NCBI RefSeq assembly: GCF_001194135.2 | Contig: NC_068984.1 | Coordinates: 40,384,980-40,427,915 of the forward strand | Source of the DNA: Octopus bimaculoides | Lineage: Eukaryota | DNA length: 42,936 bases | Direction: 5' to 3' | Part shown: positions 1 through 11,295 of the stretch, piece by piece | Layout of the letters: every line of letters starts with the position of its first letter | How positions within the stretch are numbered: position 1 is the stretch's first letter | Program-made: the position numbers and the translations under genes | The notes under the pieces: generated by a model | What the model saw: only the letters and a program-made list of their open reading frames with translations | Database searches by the model: none | Told to the model about the DNA's origin: nothing

Positions 1-34
<34 letters not shown>

Positions 35-80
35 TGTTTGTGTTTCTGTGTGTATGTATGTATGTATGTGCGCGTGCGCG
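1..80. repeat. (TA)n and mixed TG/TATG microsatellite
   Basis: Read directly from the sequence. Confidence 0.95.
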
Positions 81-1330
81 CGCGCAATTTTGCGACTTCG
101 ACATTTTTTGCTTTTATTCAGTTTCAGTTTAATCCTAGTTGCATCTTCTCCAATCACGTTTTATAGCAGTTTGTATAGATATCCCCCCATGACATCTACA
201 TTCATTCATATTATCAAGCCCATATATTTTTCACTGTAGTTTTAATCTCCCCCTTCGCCACACCCTCCAAATAATTCTAGAGTAAGGCTAAATATAGATT
301 CTTATCCAGGATTAATTATTTTTGCGTTTATAGTGAAAGGAAATTGGTAAATTAACCATTAAAAAACATCTGCATCGAAAGATCTGAAATCCATTTCTTT
401 GTCGAAAAAAAAAAGTCGCGAAATGAAGAAAGAAAATAGAGTTCTTTTTTTTAATGGAAATATGCAATGGGGATGTTTGTCTGAGTCTACAGAATTAAAT
501 ATGAGCGGAACAAAGCTCTGATGTTTGAAGTAATTCTCTGGTGATTAGTTTATACTTGAACAATGAAAAGTCAATGCGCTAAACGCTACTAATTAACGTC
601 GTGATATCAACATTGTAATTACAATTTATTGATTTCTTACACTGGCACAAGGGTATAAAATTTAAATAAAAGCGGTTCTACCGATTGAATCAAACATAGT
701 ACATGCCTGATTATTTTATCTTTTCCAGCGTCAACTCCGATGGGGGATGAACAGAATTCATTAAAGAACGAAATAACTTCTGTAATCCAAACGCTACCGT
801 TTCTTCCACGGTACATTCTTCATTTTCATTTTTTTTTATCAGTATCAGATTCATAGTAGTAACGTAATTTGATGTGATCTTGGGTAGTTACTTGTCCTTG
901 AATTCTTATGTAACGAAAATCTTCTAGATAGAAATTATGAGAGTGTGTGATGTTTATAACAGTACATGTTAATGCCTTTAAAGTGATGTAAAATAGCTTC
1001 TGTTGAAAATTGAAACAGAATCGAAGGTTCCATTTGCAGCTCTGATTTGCCAGTTTGCTTTGTTGCTCTGGCTACATAGATTAACAATATATCGTTGCTA
1101 TTATGAAAAAATGTTGTAAGTCCAAAACATTCTCCTTTTCAGAAAACGAAAGAATAGTTTCCCTATTCCGTAGCAATGTTTGATATCTTGGCATCTGAAG
1201 CAGCTGGAGACACAATAGTTTGACCAAAAGAATCGGCTATTGCAATCAAAAATAAATATCTAAACAAAACGCATTTGGTCAAATTTGGATATAGGACAGT
1301 TTAACATAATAGCAACGTTATATGTATATG

Positions 1331-1368
<38 letters not shown>

Positions 1369-1744
1369 AATGAAAGACGGTAGATGGAATGTACGAGAAT
1401 TTATTAATCACGATAATTGTTTTAAATCTCTGAGCGAGAAGTAAGTAGTAACAATGCTATAGAGTAAAATCTATTTGCCAACTTACGTTGGGAGTTCTGA
1501 TTAGGACGATGTTACTACCTTTTTTAGTAGCCCCAAGAAAACATCTTTTCCAGCTGGCTACCGACGCACACCTGCGTTCTAATACCTCGAACACACACGC
1601 ACAAACACACACACACGCACACACACACACACGCACATGTATATACACAGGATGGGCCATAATGATGGGACACATTTTAAATGCTATTATCTTGGATTAT
1701 TAAAATGACAGTCTATTAAATAGATTTATTACATAACTGATATA

Positions 1745-3130
1745 CAGGAGTTCAACATTTTATCTGAGATTTGAATATTACACTGCGGTTTAGGATATCA
1801 ACCGGAATGGCTGCAATCTCTCTACGGACGCTTTGATTTAGTCCCACTGTTGTGTGGAGCCTTCTAGCACATACCCTATCCTTGAAGTAATCCCATAGAA
1901 AGTAGTCTACTGGGGTTAGATGCAGTCATCTGGATGGCTAGGTGATATCACCAAATTTCGAAATGAGATGTCAGGGATAGGAGTGGCTGTGTGGTAAGTA
2001 GCTTGCATACCAACCACATGGTTCTGGGTTCAGTCCCACTGCGTGGCACCTTGGGCAAGTGTCTTCTACTATAGCCTCGGGCCGACCAAAGCCTTGTGAG
2101 TGGATTTGGTAGACGGAAACTGAAAGAAGCTCGTCGTATATATGTATATATATATATGTATGTGTGTGTGTTTGTGTGTTTGTGTTTGTCCCCCCAACAT
2201 CGCTTGACAACCGATGCTGGTGTGTTTACGTCCCCGTAACTTAGCAGTTCGGCAAAAGAGACCGATAGAATAAGTACTAGGCTTCCAAAGAATAAGTCCT
2301 GGGGTCGATTTGCTCGACTAAAGGTGGTGCTCCAGCATGGCCGCAGTCAAATGACTGAAACAAGTAAAAGAGTAAAAGAGTAAAAGAGAAGAGTTACCAT
2401 TGACAGTTGCACTGTATGATTAGCGGCATCACCTTGTTGCATCCACATCTGTCTCAGGGCAAGCTTTAATAACTCGGGAAAGAAAGTCTTCAGCATATGG
2501 TTGTAGTGCTCAGCAGTTACTGTTACAGCTGCACCATGTTCGTCCCCCAAAATGTAAGGACCAATCACTCATGCATAAGTCATTGCACACCACACTGTAA
2601 CCCTCACACGATCTGAGGATTTTCACAAACCCAAAACCTAAAATTTTGTTTATTAACATAACCAGAAAGGTTAAAATAAGCTTCATCTGATGTGATCAAG
2701 AGATGGATAAAATTCTCTACCTCCCTGCACATATTAACAAACCAACCATTAAAAGTCTGTCTTTGCACCTTATCTGGCAGAAGTAATTGCTGCACTAGCT
2801 GTACCTTATATGGATATAAGTGTAGGTCTTATTTTAAGATCCTTCTGACACTGGTTCGCAAAATATTCAATTGTTGAGCCAATCGACGCATGGACGTCGA
2901 GGAACTTTGTTCCCCACACTTTGGCAGTTCTCTGCACTACGAGACGTTCGAGGTCGACCTGGGGATATTTTCTTCTCGGTATCACCTGTCTCACGGACGT
3001 TTGTGACAACACGCACGATCACCTTTCGGGATGGTGCCTGTCGCTTTCCAAAATGCTCTCGGAATTTTGCGGGGCTGCAACGATGGATCTTTGGTTGGTG
3101 AAATATTACTAAGTTTAATCAAAGAAATTA
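1745..3130 (-). mobile_element. Decayed Tc1/mariner-superfamily DNA transposon (maT/DD37D-like transposase pseudogene), interrupted by a SINE at 1974-2388
   Basis: Minus-strand translation across frameshifts and stops gives GRPRTSRSAENC, PRRSMRRLAQQLNI..ILK*DLHLYPYKVQLVQQL, ITSDEAYFNLSGYVNKQNFRFW..ENP, IGPYILGDEHGAAVTVTAEHYNHML..WMQQGDAANHT, and HLISKFGDIT*PSR*LHLTPVDYFLWDYFKDRV. The left end reads TA|CAGG. The right TIR was not found. The DD37D class is inferred from motif spacing. Confidence 0.88.
1974..2388 (+). mobile_element. Full-length tRNA-derived SINE, family A (CORE-like body)
   Basis: A-box-like TGGCTGTGTGG, B-box-like GGGTTCAGTCC, CORE-like CACCTTGGGCAAGTGTCTT, internal TA/TG microsatellite, and a 3' tail GCAGTCAAATGACTGAAACAAGTAAAAGA with (GTAAAAGA)n. 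Several copies occur in the window. Confidence 0.9.
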
Positions 3131-3399
3131 TATCAGTAACGGTAGGCAACTAAGTGTTAAAACATTCTTTTATAGAGAAGGCTTTCACTAATACTACAGA
3201 ACTTCCAACCTATATTCAATAATGAACTTAAAAATTTTATATGATGCGATATATCCTTTCTCAGCTGTGATTTCGTATTTGAAAGTGGCATTTTGTAGTG
3301 TAGGACGGTTTCCAAATCTAATTTTGAAACATCTGGGTGCTTTGTTCTCAAAAACTCAATCACTCTCAAGTAATCAATTCATACGTTTATAAATGTTTT

Positions 3400-3648
3400 T
3401 TTTTCTTCCTTCACAAATGATCCCTTTGAAGCTGCGAGTACGCTTTCGCGGCAATGTTTCGTTTGACTATACTCTCGGAAGACACAAAAGCATATGGTTT
3501 TGTGTTCACGGCTGATAATAATAACGTTTCTGTCAATTAGCAAACCGTAACACTCAAACCAGGTGGCTGCTCGCTTTTGCTGCTTCCAGGAATATAGTCA
3601 AAACAAGATCATACCCTTTCAAGTGTACTCGCGGGTTCAAAGAGTTAA
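3400..3648. mobile_element. Possible piggyBac-like element terminus
   Basis: Ends in GGGTTCAAAGAGTTAA, similar to the piggyBac-type ...AAGGGTTAA end with TTAA. No partner TIR was identified. Confidence 0.3.
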
Positions 3649-4157
3649 ACATATCGTTAATTGTTGGTTAATAGCGCATGGAATAACAACATATTTCAAA
3701 TAATCAATTGAATATTGCCGCCAGTTTCTTTTTTGCTTATTTATTTCCGTGGGTTAGAAAAAAGATAGTAACTGAATAAAACGAAAATTAACTATCTTGT
3801 ATTTAATTACACAAAGTCAATAACTTATTGATAATGAAAGTATACAGTACATTAGAAATAATATTTCGGAAAGATGAAAATAACTATTGAAGCCATAAAA
3901 CAAAACATCACTTTTGCTTTAATTTTAACATCTAGTATTCATTCAAAAAAGTTATATTTATCAATTTAGATCTAATATATATATATCTATATCTATATNN
4001 NNNNNNNNNNNNNNNNNNNNNNNNNNNNNNNNNNNNNNNNNNNNNNNNNNNNNNNNNNNNNNNNNNNNNNNNNNNNNNNNNNNNNATATACCGGAGTAAG
4101 CACATACATACGAAACAAGGTGGAAAAAATAGTACTCGGATACCAGAGGTTGAGTAA

Positions 4158-4218
4158 TTTATTGAAAAGTAGCAAAAATATCACAGTTTTTGTGATATTT
4201 TTGCTGCTTTTCAATAAA
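4158..4218. repeat. Near-perfect 28-bp inverted repeat with a 5-nt loop
   Basis: TTTATTGAAAAGTAGCAAAAATATCACA-GTTTT-TGTGATATTTTTGCTGCTTTTCAATAAA; the only non-Watson-Crick position is a U.G wobble. Confidence 0.95.
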
Positions 4219-4885
4219 GTATATGTCATATTTCCCTCGGATGACTCGCAGAGATAACACAACGAGTTGTACAATTTAATTATTACATTTATTATTCGAT
4301 TACATACAAAGAACGCACTCACCCAATGTTCGTTATAAATAAACAAAAGTCATGTCCGCCATATATATCAATGACATTTTACTACGACAGTCACACAAGA
4401 CAATAACAATGAAACAATGAACTCAGACGAACTACAGTGACACACGGAACGTCAGACGAATAACGTATCCAACAGTCCATATAACAGTATATATATATAT
4501 ATAAATATATAAAATTTAAAACTGTTTAATTCAGCTCCGTGCTACTTCAGGTTTCGCAGGTCTCTAAGGGGAGCCTGACTCCTTCAGGAAGAATTAAGGA
4601 TCAATTAAGTTTATTGGGTCTATAAATTTGTAAAACATAAAATTGACTCCAGTTTTCATAATTAGAAATGTCTCTGACGAAAGTAACATTAATTCTTTTA
4701 GGTCGTTCAGTTTTTCTCAAATAGACCAACTGAGTAAAACTATCAGTGATGTACATATAATGGCTACTGGAACCAGCTGTAAGCTAAATTTGTTCCAGTA
4801 AAGGAAAAAATATGTAATGGTCACTATTTTTAACTTGTTATATATTTATATATTATCACTGAAGGATAATAAATCAGTATTCCTA

Positions 4886-4946
4886 TGTATGGATGTATGT
4901 ATGTATGTATGTATGTATGTATGTATGTATGTATGTATGTATGTAT
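4886..4946. repeat. (TATG)n microsatellite
   Basis: Read directly from the sequence. Confidence 0.95.
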
Positions 4947-5040
4947 ATTTCACGCTAGACTTGGTATAAAAACAGACGTTGTAAATTCGGTATCGTTTAT
5001 TCTTATATTTTTCTCCTTTGCATAATTTATTCCTCTTCTT

Positions 5041-5078
5041 TCTCTTTGATAAAGGGTATAACTCGAAACGTTAGTTTC
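5041..5078 (+). ncRNA. Degenerate minimal hammerhead-ribozyme relic (Penelope-type repeat end)
   Basis: TTGATAA-A-GGGT-ATA-ACTC-GAAAC-GTT: the core has drifted from CTGATGA, while a short stem II and GAAACGTT are retained. Confidence 0.4.
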
Positions 5079-6399
5079 TCTTCTGCTTCTTTTGTTGGCG
5101 TATTTAGACTTACTGTACAATTCTTTCATTGATGTTATTTTGCTTCCTAATTCAACATTTTTTCGGTTACATATTTTAGTTATCCGATTTCATGTTTTAT
5201 TTGTTTGTCTGTCTTTTTGCCTCTAAATCTTATTCTTGTTGTGTGATTATTTATTTATTTTTATTTATTCAACCAGCAACCCATCCTTCCATCCATTCAT
5301 CCATCCATCCACCCACACACGCGAACTTGGTTGTGCAGAAGTTTACTTCTGTCACTCACGACTTCCGGTCTATTACTGTTGTTGTTATTTTAATTTAGAT
5401 CCAGGGTCACAACTGTGTTAAAAGGTATTTCGGTCATGATCATCTCAATTTTGTGAATAATGTATCAAGTGTACATTATCCACTGTGGTTATTTTTAAGA
5501 TGGTAAAATTTGAGAGCGATTTAGTTGCTATTTCTAGCAGTTGAATGACCATTTAGAAGTTCCCTTACTGGCTGTAGAAACCATCCTATTTGCCCTCTTA
5601 TTGATATTGAACATGACTTGCACTGTAGAGTAAGAGAGTAAGTGAATAAGAGTTTCTGTATTGTCTATTGATCGATCTGATGTACATAGCAGTCAAATAA
5701 CCTTCAAATCACACCCTACTACATAGAAATGTAGTTAATAGTTCATGGCTCTGGGATCGATCACACTTATTTGTAACTTGGGCTTTCATCGCTTCGGATT
5801 TTTGAGAGAGAAATTAGATAGACAGAAACTGTGTGGAAGCCTGTTAGACTCTACCTATTTTGAGGTGGTTGTCTTTATTATACGCTCGGTTTAACACCAC
5901 CACATTACTCCTGGGTATCTACAGAGGGCTCTTCTTGAATGTAAAACATTAAAACCAGAACTTTAGTGTGAGGGTATATTCTTTTATTCTTTTATATTTC
6001 AGTTCTAAAGCTGTGGTCATGCTGGGGCACCGCTGCGCGTTTTCCTACAGTAGCAATGTTTGAATCATGGCGTCTTCCTCGATATTTATTCCATCAGTCT
6101 TACCTATCCTCTTAAAAAAAAGATACATTAAGCAAGTTGTCCAACATTATGAATATTCAAAAAAAAAAAGAAGAGAAAAGCAAGGTCATTGCTGGAACGC
6201 TTTGATCTTAAGTGTTCTCCACTATAGAGTGTCAAGTCGAATATTGGACAGAAGACACACGTAAAATGCAAATATATTCTCATAAGGCATGCAAGATGTG
6301 AATAGAATTGTAATAAAGGATCAAGATTGACCTGAAGTTAAATAACAATAATAGCAACAACAGTATGCTTAGCATGAAGCAATATCGATTTTCTGAATA

Positions 6400-6530
6400 A
6401 ATTACAAAGTCAAATTTTGGCAAGGGAGGAGAAGTCAGGATTGAATGGACATTAGTAAAACTATTGGCGTTAATTTTATTGCCCCAGAGGATGAAAGAGA
6501 AAATTGCCCCGAGTGAGATTCAAAATCTGT
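6400..6530 (-). mobile_element. Highly degenerate SINE family B fragment
   Basis: AATTTTATTGCCCCAGAGGATGAAAGAGAAAATTG resembles the family B motif TTTATCGACCCCGAAAGGATGAAAGGCAAAGTCG. Confidence 0.5.
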
Positions 6531-6642
6531 CGTTCTAGTATTTCTACATATGAATATATAGTAGTGAACATATATTTGGACTAAAGATATAGTAACTGTG
6601 TGATACACGATCCACATATGCTTTATTCATGTTTCATTATAT

Positions 6643-6696
<54 letters not shown>

Positions 6697-7251
6697 CGTG
6701 TATTAGAATTATATATAGGGACATTTTTTGTTTGATTTTGACAGAAATTTCTATCGAGCTCTAATTATTTCTATAATTAGTTTCAGTGACGAGCAGGGAG
6801 CAGGAATCAACGAAGCGATGAGTTGAGTGGAGTGAACTAGAAATGACTGCGGCTCTCTTCAGGATTTTAAACAGTATTTGTATCTGTGCGCGCATACGAG
6901 TGTGTTAAGAGACTAAAGTAATTCGCGATGATGTGCGGGTGCCCTGACCTGGTATCTGAACTGATAGCGAACACGCCCCTTTGTCAATTATTCTGATGAC
7001 CTGCTAATGGTCATGGCATTGAAAGCTTCCTGTCTCTATCTTCCTCACTATTTACTTTCTTTTCCTCTTCTTCTCCCATTGTAATATGCTGTGGTGTTAC
7101 TTCTGAGTAATCTTCATCCACTTTGTTCCCTTAACTCCAAGTGCCACACACACTTAGACTGAAAATAGATTGCTGATTGCAATCATATCAAGGGAACTGC
7201 ATCAATTGATCAGTAAACATCAACCAGTTTTAACCACGCTCCAAACTGGAA

Positions 7252-7252
<1 letters not shown>

Positions 7253-7313
<61 letters not shown>

Positions 7314-7414
7314 GTCTGTCTATCTGTCTGTCTGTCTGTCTGTCTGTCTGCCTGCCTGTCTACTTGTCTGTCTGATGTCTATCTCCAGGCTCCAAACTGG
7401 ATCTATCTATCTGT

Positions 7415-7492
<78 letters not shown>
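7253..7492. repeat. (ATCT)n/(GTCT)n compound microsatellite
   Basis: Read directly; it accounts for the YLSI-repeat ORFs. Confidence 0.97.
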
Positions 7493-7493
<1 letters not shown>

Positions 7494-8335
7494 GTTGTCT
7501 GTTCGAATCTCTCTTTTTTGTCTCTGTGTATATGCGTCTGTTTATCTGTCTTCTATCTGTTCATCTATCTAACTGTCTGTCAATACACCCATCTGTTATA
7601 ACTTGTCACTACTGTGAATGTTACAAACTGTATATATAACAAAGGCTTAAATCTAAATTAACATAATTGTCTTTTTTTATTGGTTGTAATTACTAAACAA
7701 TGTTGTAGTGTTCATATTGTAACTTCTAAGTTGTACACAATGTTGCCGATCTCTTGATGTAATCGTTCACATAAAAATTGTGTTACTGAATCTTGGCGAG
7801 AGTCCACTAGATAGGTAGATGGTATTTAGATTCTCATATGGTACAAATGTATGAATAAGTCAGATTATTGTTGATACTGGTATTCCAGCCGGTTTTTTAG
7901 GGTTATATACAATATTTTCTTACCCAAATTTCTACCTTCATTTTCTAATGATTGTAGAGTGTAACTTGAAGGTAAAGTTAGTTGCTATTTCTGTTAAATC
8001 GATCGACGCCCAGATACTCGGCTCCTTGATCTGTCGTTTAACTCGAGGTTAACCGTGATCCAGCTGTGTCAAAGGCGTTCCAGTGTTGACTATCCCATCG
8101 TTTTGTATATTAGGAATGTTTTTAGACAATGTATCTGAAACTGCACTAACCAATGCATCATTCTATTAAAAAAAAAATGGTAGGGTGTAATTTGGCTGAT
8201 GTTCTTAATAAGTAAAGCGGTCGAGTTTAAAATAACTAATCTGGGATGTGATTCTGGTATGATTCCTCATTATAATACTGTTGAACATGTGATATAACAC
8301 AGTTCGGTGTAATATTCATTCCATTACTTGTTACA

Positions 8336-8420
8336 GGCGCATGAAAGTGATCAGGGGTATTCAGTTGAAGACTGTAAGGTCGTAGGTTCGATTCCTTGAC
8401 CGAGTGGTGCTTCATTTTTA
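8336..8420 (+). mobile_element. Degenerate tRNA-derived SINE head
   Basis: GGCGCATG...GTAAGGTCGTAGGTTCGATTCC contains an intact B-box (GGTTCGATTCC). Confidence 0.5.
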
Positions 8421-8499
8421 CGTTAAATGAATACCAGCTAACAGATAAAGAGACACACATATAGAAAAACAAAAAGAGAGATTCAAACTGACAACTAAA

Positions 8500-8512
8500 T
8501 AGATAGACAGAT

Positions 8513-8545
<33 letters not shown>

Positions 8546-8618
8546 GTAGGTAGATAGATAGATAGGTAGATAGATAGATAGGTAGATAGATAGATAGGTA
8601 GATAGATAGATAGGTAGA
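8500..8618. repeat. (AGAT)n/(AGGT)n microsatellite
   Basis: Read directly from the sequence. Confidence 0.97.
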
Positions 8619-9165
8619 TCCAAAGCTTAGGGTTGGTGTAACCATCCAAGTGTCACATCCCGGATGTTTCGTTGGATCAAAGATGTGTGTAACGAGAAAG
8701 TGTTTATAGCTGCTCGCTTGTACATAGGCACCTAAAAGGATTAGCGAAAGCATAGTACGTAATACCAAGTCATATTCACCTGCGAATGACGGTTTTATGT
8801 ACTTGATGTACTGGAGTCTACTTATAAGTAAAATCTTCCTTTTACTTAACAGTCTAGTGTAGTCTCATATTTTTTGGATGTCTGGAGATGAGATCCAAGT
8901 TATATGAATTGCATGACGATTATGGAGCAGTCGGTAATCTTTAGCCCTAAGATGTTCTGTTTCACATCATCAGCCTTACACACAAATATCTATCAATCAA
9001 TGTGTCGGTAATCATTGATAGTTGCCAACTATAATGTCAGTAATTAGAAAGCATGTTGCGATATAGGTCAAATCTAAACACTCATTGGTAACATCAGTGC
9101 TACTCGGCACTAATGAAAGGAGCAATAATGTTGGAAGGTGTCAAAATTTAATGGCCTGCACTGAA

Positions 9166-9169
<4 letters not shown>

Positions 9170-9220
<51 letters not shown>

Positions 9221-9268
9221 GTTGCTATTATGTTAAAGTGTCGTATGTCCAAATTTGGCCAAGTGGGT

Positions 9269-9310
<42 letters not shown>

Positions 9311-9356
9311 ACACGCACACATATATACACGCACGCACACGCGCACACACACACAT
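9170..9356. repeat. (TA)n and (CA)n microsatellites
   Basis: Read directly from the sequence. Confidence 0.95.
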
Positions 9357-9782
9357 ATGTACATACGCACTCACGTATATGGTGGTTATATTACTTTTGT
9401 CTGATAATGGTGGGCATGGAATATAAAGGATTGAAAAACGCTGGTGTAAACTAATAGTTAATAGTGTATGAAGCGTTTAAAGGAAGTAACTTACAAATTT
9501 AAACGAAAAAAAAAAGTGTTTTCAAGAAAGGGAATTTTCTAGAAATGAAGATGAGAAATATAACTAAAATGGCAGCGAGGTCCATCAGTTTCCAACAATT
9601 TCTAAGCATTCTTGCAGGCTTATAATTGGATTATAGATATCTGATATTTATGATATTGCTTGCATGTTGAAAAACTAGATTCAATATTTGAATCTTTATC
9701 CTGGTATAAACCTGGCACCATATGAAACAAAAATATAAAAAAGAAGACATATAACTCCTTATGATAAGCTAAGAGTACTTAC

Positions 9783-9867
9783 CGATTGGAGATAACTACT
9801 AAAATTTTAAATCCGGCATTGACAATATTATCAGTAACAAAATCATTCCCATAATCCTTGCTCTTCA
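9783..9867 (-). CDS. Candidate internal coding exon of an unidentified host gene (KSKDYGNDFVTDNIVNAGFKILVVISN)
   Basis: Acceptor CATCTTTGTGCATTTTTATAG| and consensus donor |GTAAGT flank 85 nt in which only one frame is open. No homology recognised. Confidence 0.25.
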
Positions 9868-10039
9868 CTATAAAAATGCACAAAGATGTGCTATTAACAA
9901 TTATGTCATCCCGAAAGATAAGGCCATGCAGACGAAAAATGTCGATGGTTTAGAAATGAAGGATTAATAACGAAGCAGAAAAAAAAATCAACACCCAGTC
10001 TTGGGTTGATTGCATGAATGACAAAAATCCCTATCCTTA

Positions 10040-10270
10040 TCGCTGAGAATCAGGGGTCACAGACACAACTCCCACTCCTCGCTACTCACTGTGGTCTCGT
10101 ATAGCTGCCATACACTCCACCAGGTCCCTTACCGTCCAGTGCTTGATGTTATGGTTCGTATTTCATCCAACCAACCTCTGAAGATACAGGCGCAAAGGGT
10201 CTGGGCTCAGCTGATCTGGCCAAAATCTTATAGTTTTCGCTGGCAAACCAGTGAACCCTCTCTACCTGAA
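10040..10270 (-). mobile_element. RTE-like LINE 3' fragment
   Basis: Minus strand gives RGWLDEIRT and, after a frameshift, VRDLVECMAAIRDHSE*R, similar to the RTE ORF C-terminus (GRP..RWLD.I...DR..WR). Confidence 0.45.
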
Positions 10271-10476
10271 CTCGAAAACAATGATACATTCGCAATATAC
10301 AAATGTTTAAAGCGTTATCTATTTGTTGTTATTTACAATCATAAATGCATTTCAGGCATGACAAGAACAAATTCTTTCGAATTAAGGCAATTAATATGGG
10401 ACAATTAAAAATTAAATTCATTACTGTTACAAATATATGGGTAATACATATTCCCTTCTAATACAGAATCTGTACC

Positions 10477-10513
<37 letters not shown>

Positions 10514-10654
10514 TGTGTGTGAGTGAATCTGTGTAACATATTCAGAGAAGCTAAATCGTTGAAAGCCTGATAAACTACAGTATGCTTATTGCTATTTTGA
10601 ACTAATACTGTTTTTGTCACTCATACTGAATATATATAAGTAAAAGTATATATA

Positions 10655-10659
<5 letters not shown>

Positions 10660-10705
<46 letters not shown>

Positions 10706-10774
10706 ACACACACACATACATACATACACACATACATACATATATATATGCATACATATACGTGTGTGTATATG

Positions 10775-10826
<52 letters not shown>

Positions 10827-10990
10827 CATTCGTACACATGCAAAAACATACACACAGTCAAACACACATATATATATGTATGCATGTATGTATGTATGTA
10901 TGTATGTATGTATGTATGTACGTATGCATGTATGTATGTATGTATGTATGTATGTATGTATGTATGTATGTGCGTGTATATATATACACA
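10660..10990. repeat. Compound (CA)n/(TA)n/(TATG)n microsatellite
   Basis: Read directly from the sequence. Confidence 0.97.
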
Positions 10991-10995
10991 ACAAC

Positions 10996-11295
10996 AATTG
11001 CAGCGTGGGAGGTGTTTATAAGCCACTTAAAAACACACAAAAACCGTTAGATTCACTTCAACATTTAAATTTAATTTGTCAAAATATTTTCATCGCTTTG
11101 AAACCGCGACCTGTTCACTAACAAAATTCCATACTGCATCTGAGTTTTTGACAAATTAAATTTAATTGTTGAAGTGAATCTAACGGTTTTTGTGTGTTTT
11201 TAAACGGCTTATAAACACCTTCCACGCTGCAATTCCATTTGTTTTAGCACACGATCTCAGATCAAGTCACTTGCTATGCAAGTACATCTCCGTAA
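10996..11295. mobile_element. Fold-back repeat with 89-bp inverted arms (10996-11084 and 11146-11234); probable Penelope-type terminal repeat in inverted arrangement
   Basis: Arms AATTGCAGCGTGG...TTTGTCAAAA and TTTTGACAAA...CCACGCTGCAATT differ at about 4 positions. The 61-nt spacer carries most of an HHR-like fold. The right arm continues to 11295, next to a gap. Confidence 0.75.
11075..11125 (-). ncRNA. Type I minimal hammerhead-ribozyme fold with variant core G3-U4-G5-A6-A7-C8-A9
   Basis: Minus strand: UUUGUUA (stem I) GUGAACA G GUCGC-GGUUUCAAA-GCGAU (stem II) GAA A-AUAU-U (palindromic stem III, AAUAUU) U| UGACAAA (stem I'). Stem I is 7 bp and stem II is 5 bp, each with one G.U. Confidence 0.65.

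Noticed and set aside
3157-3369. 70-aa minus-strand ORF
   Set aside because: No recognisable motif; the length is within chance expectation.
6090-6135. 7-nt micro-exon-like site on the minus strand (TTTTAAG|AGGATAG|GTAAGA)
   Set aside because: It would introduce a stop in the only candidate exon chain, and it has no other support.
8955-8985. Minus-strand CTGATGA-TGT-GAAAC
   Set aside because: There is no stem II and no convincing stem I or III.
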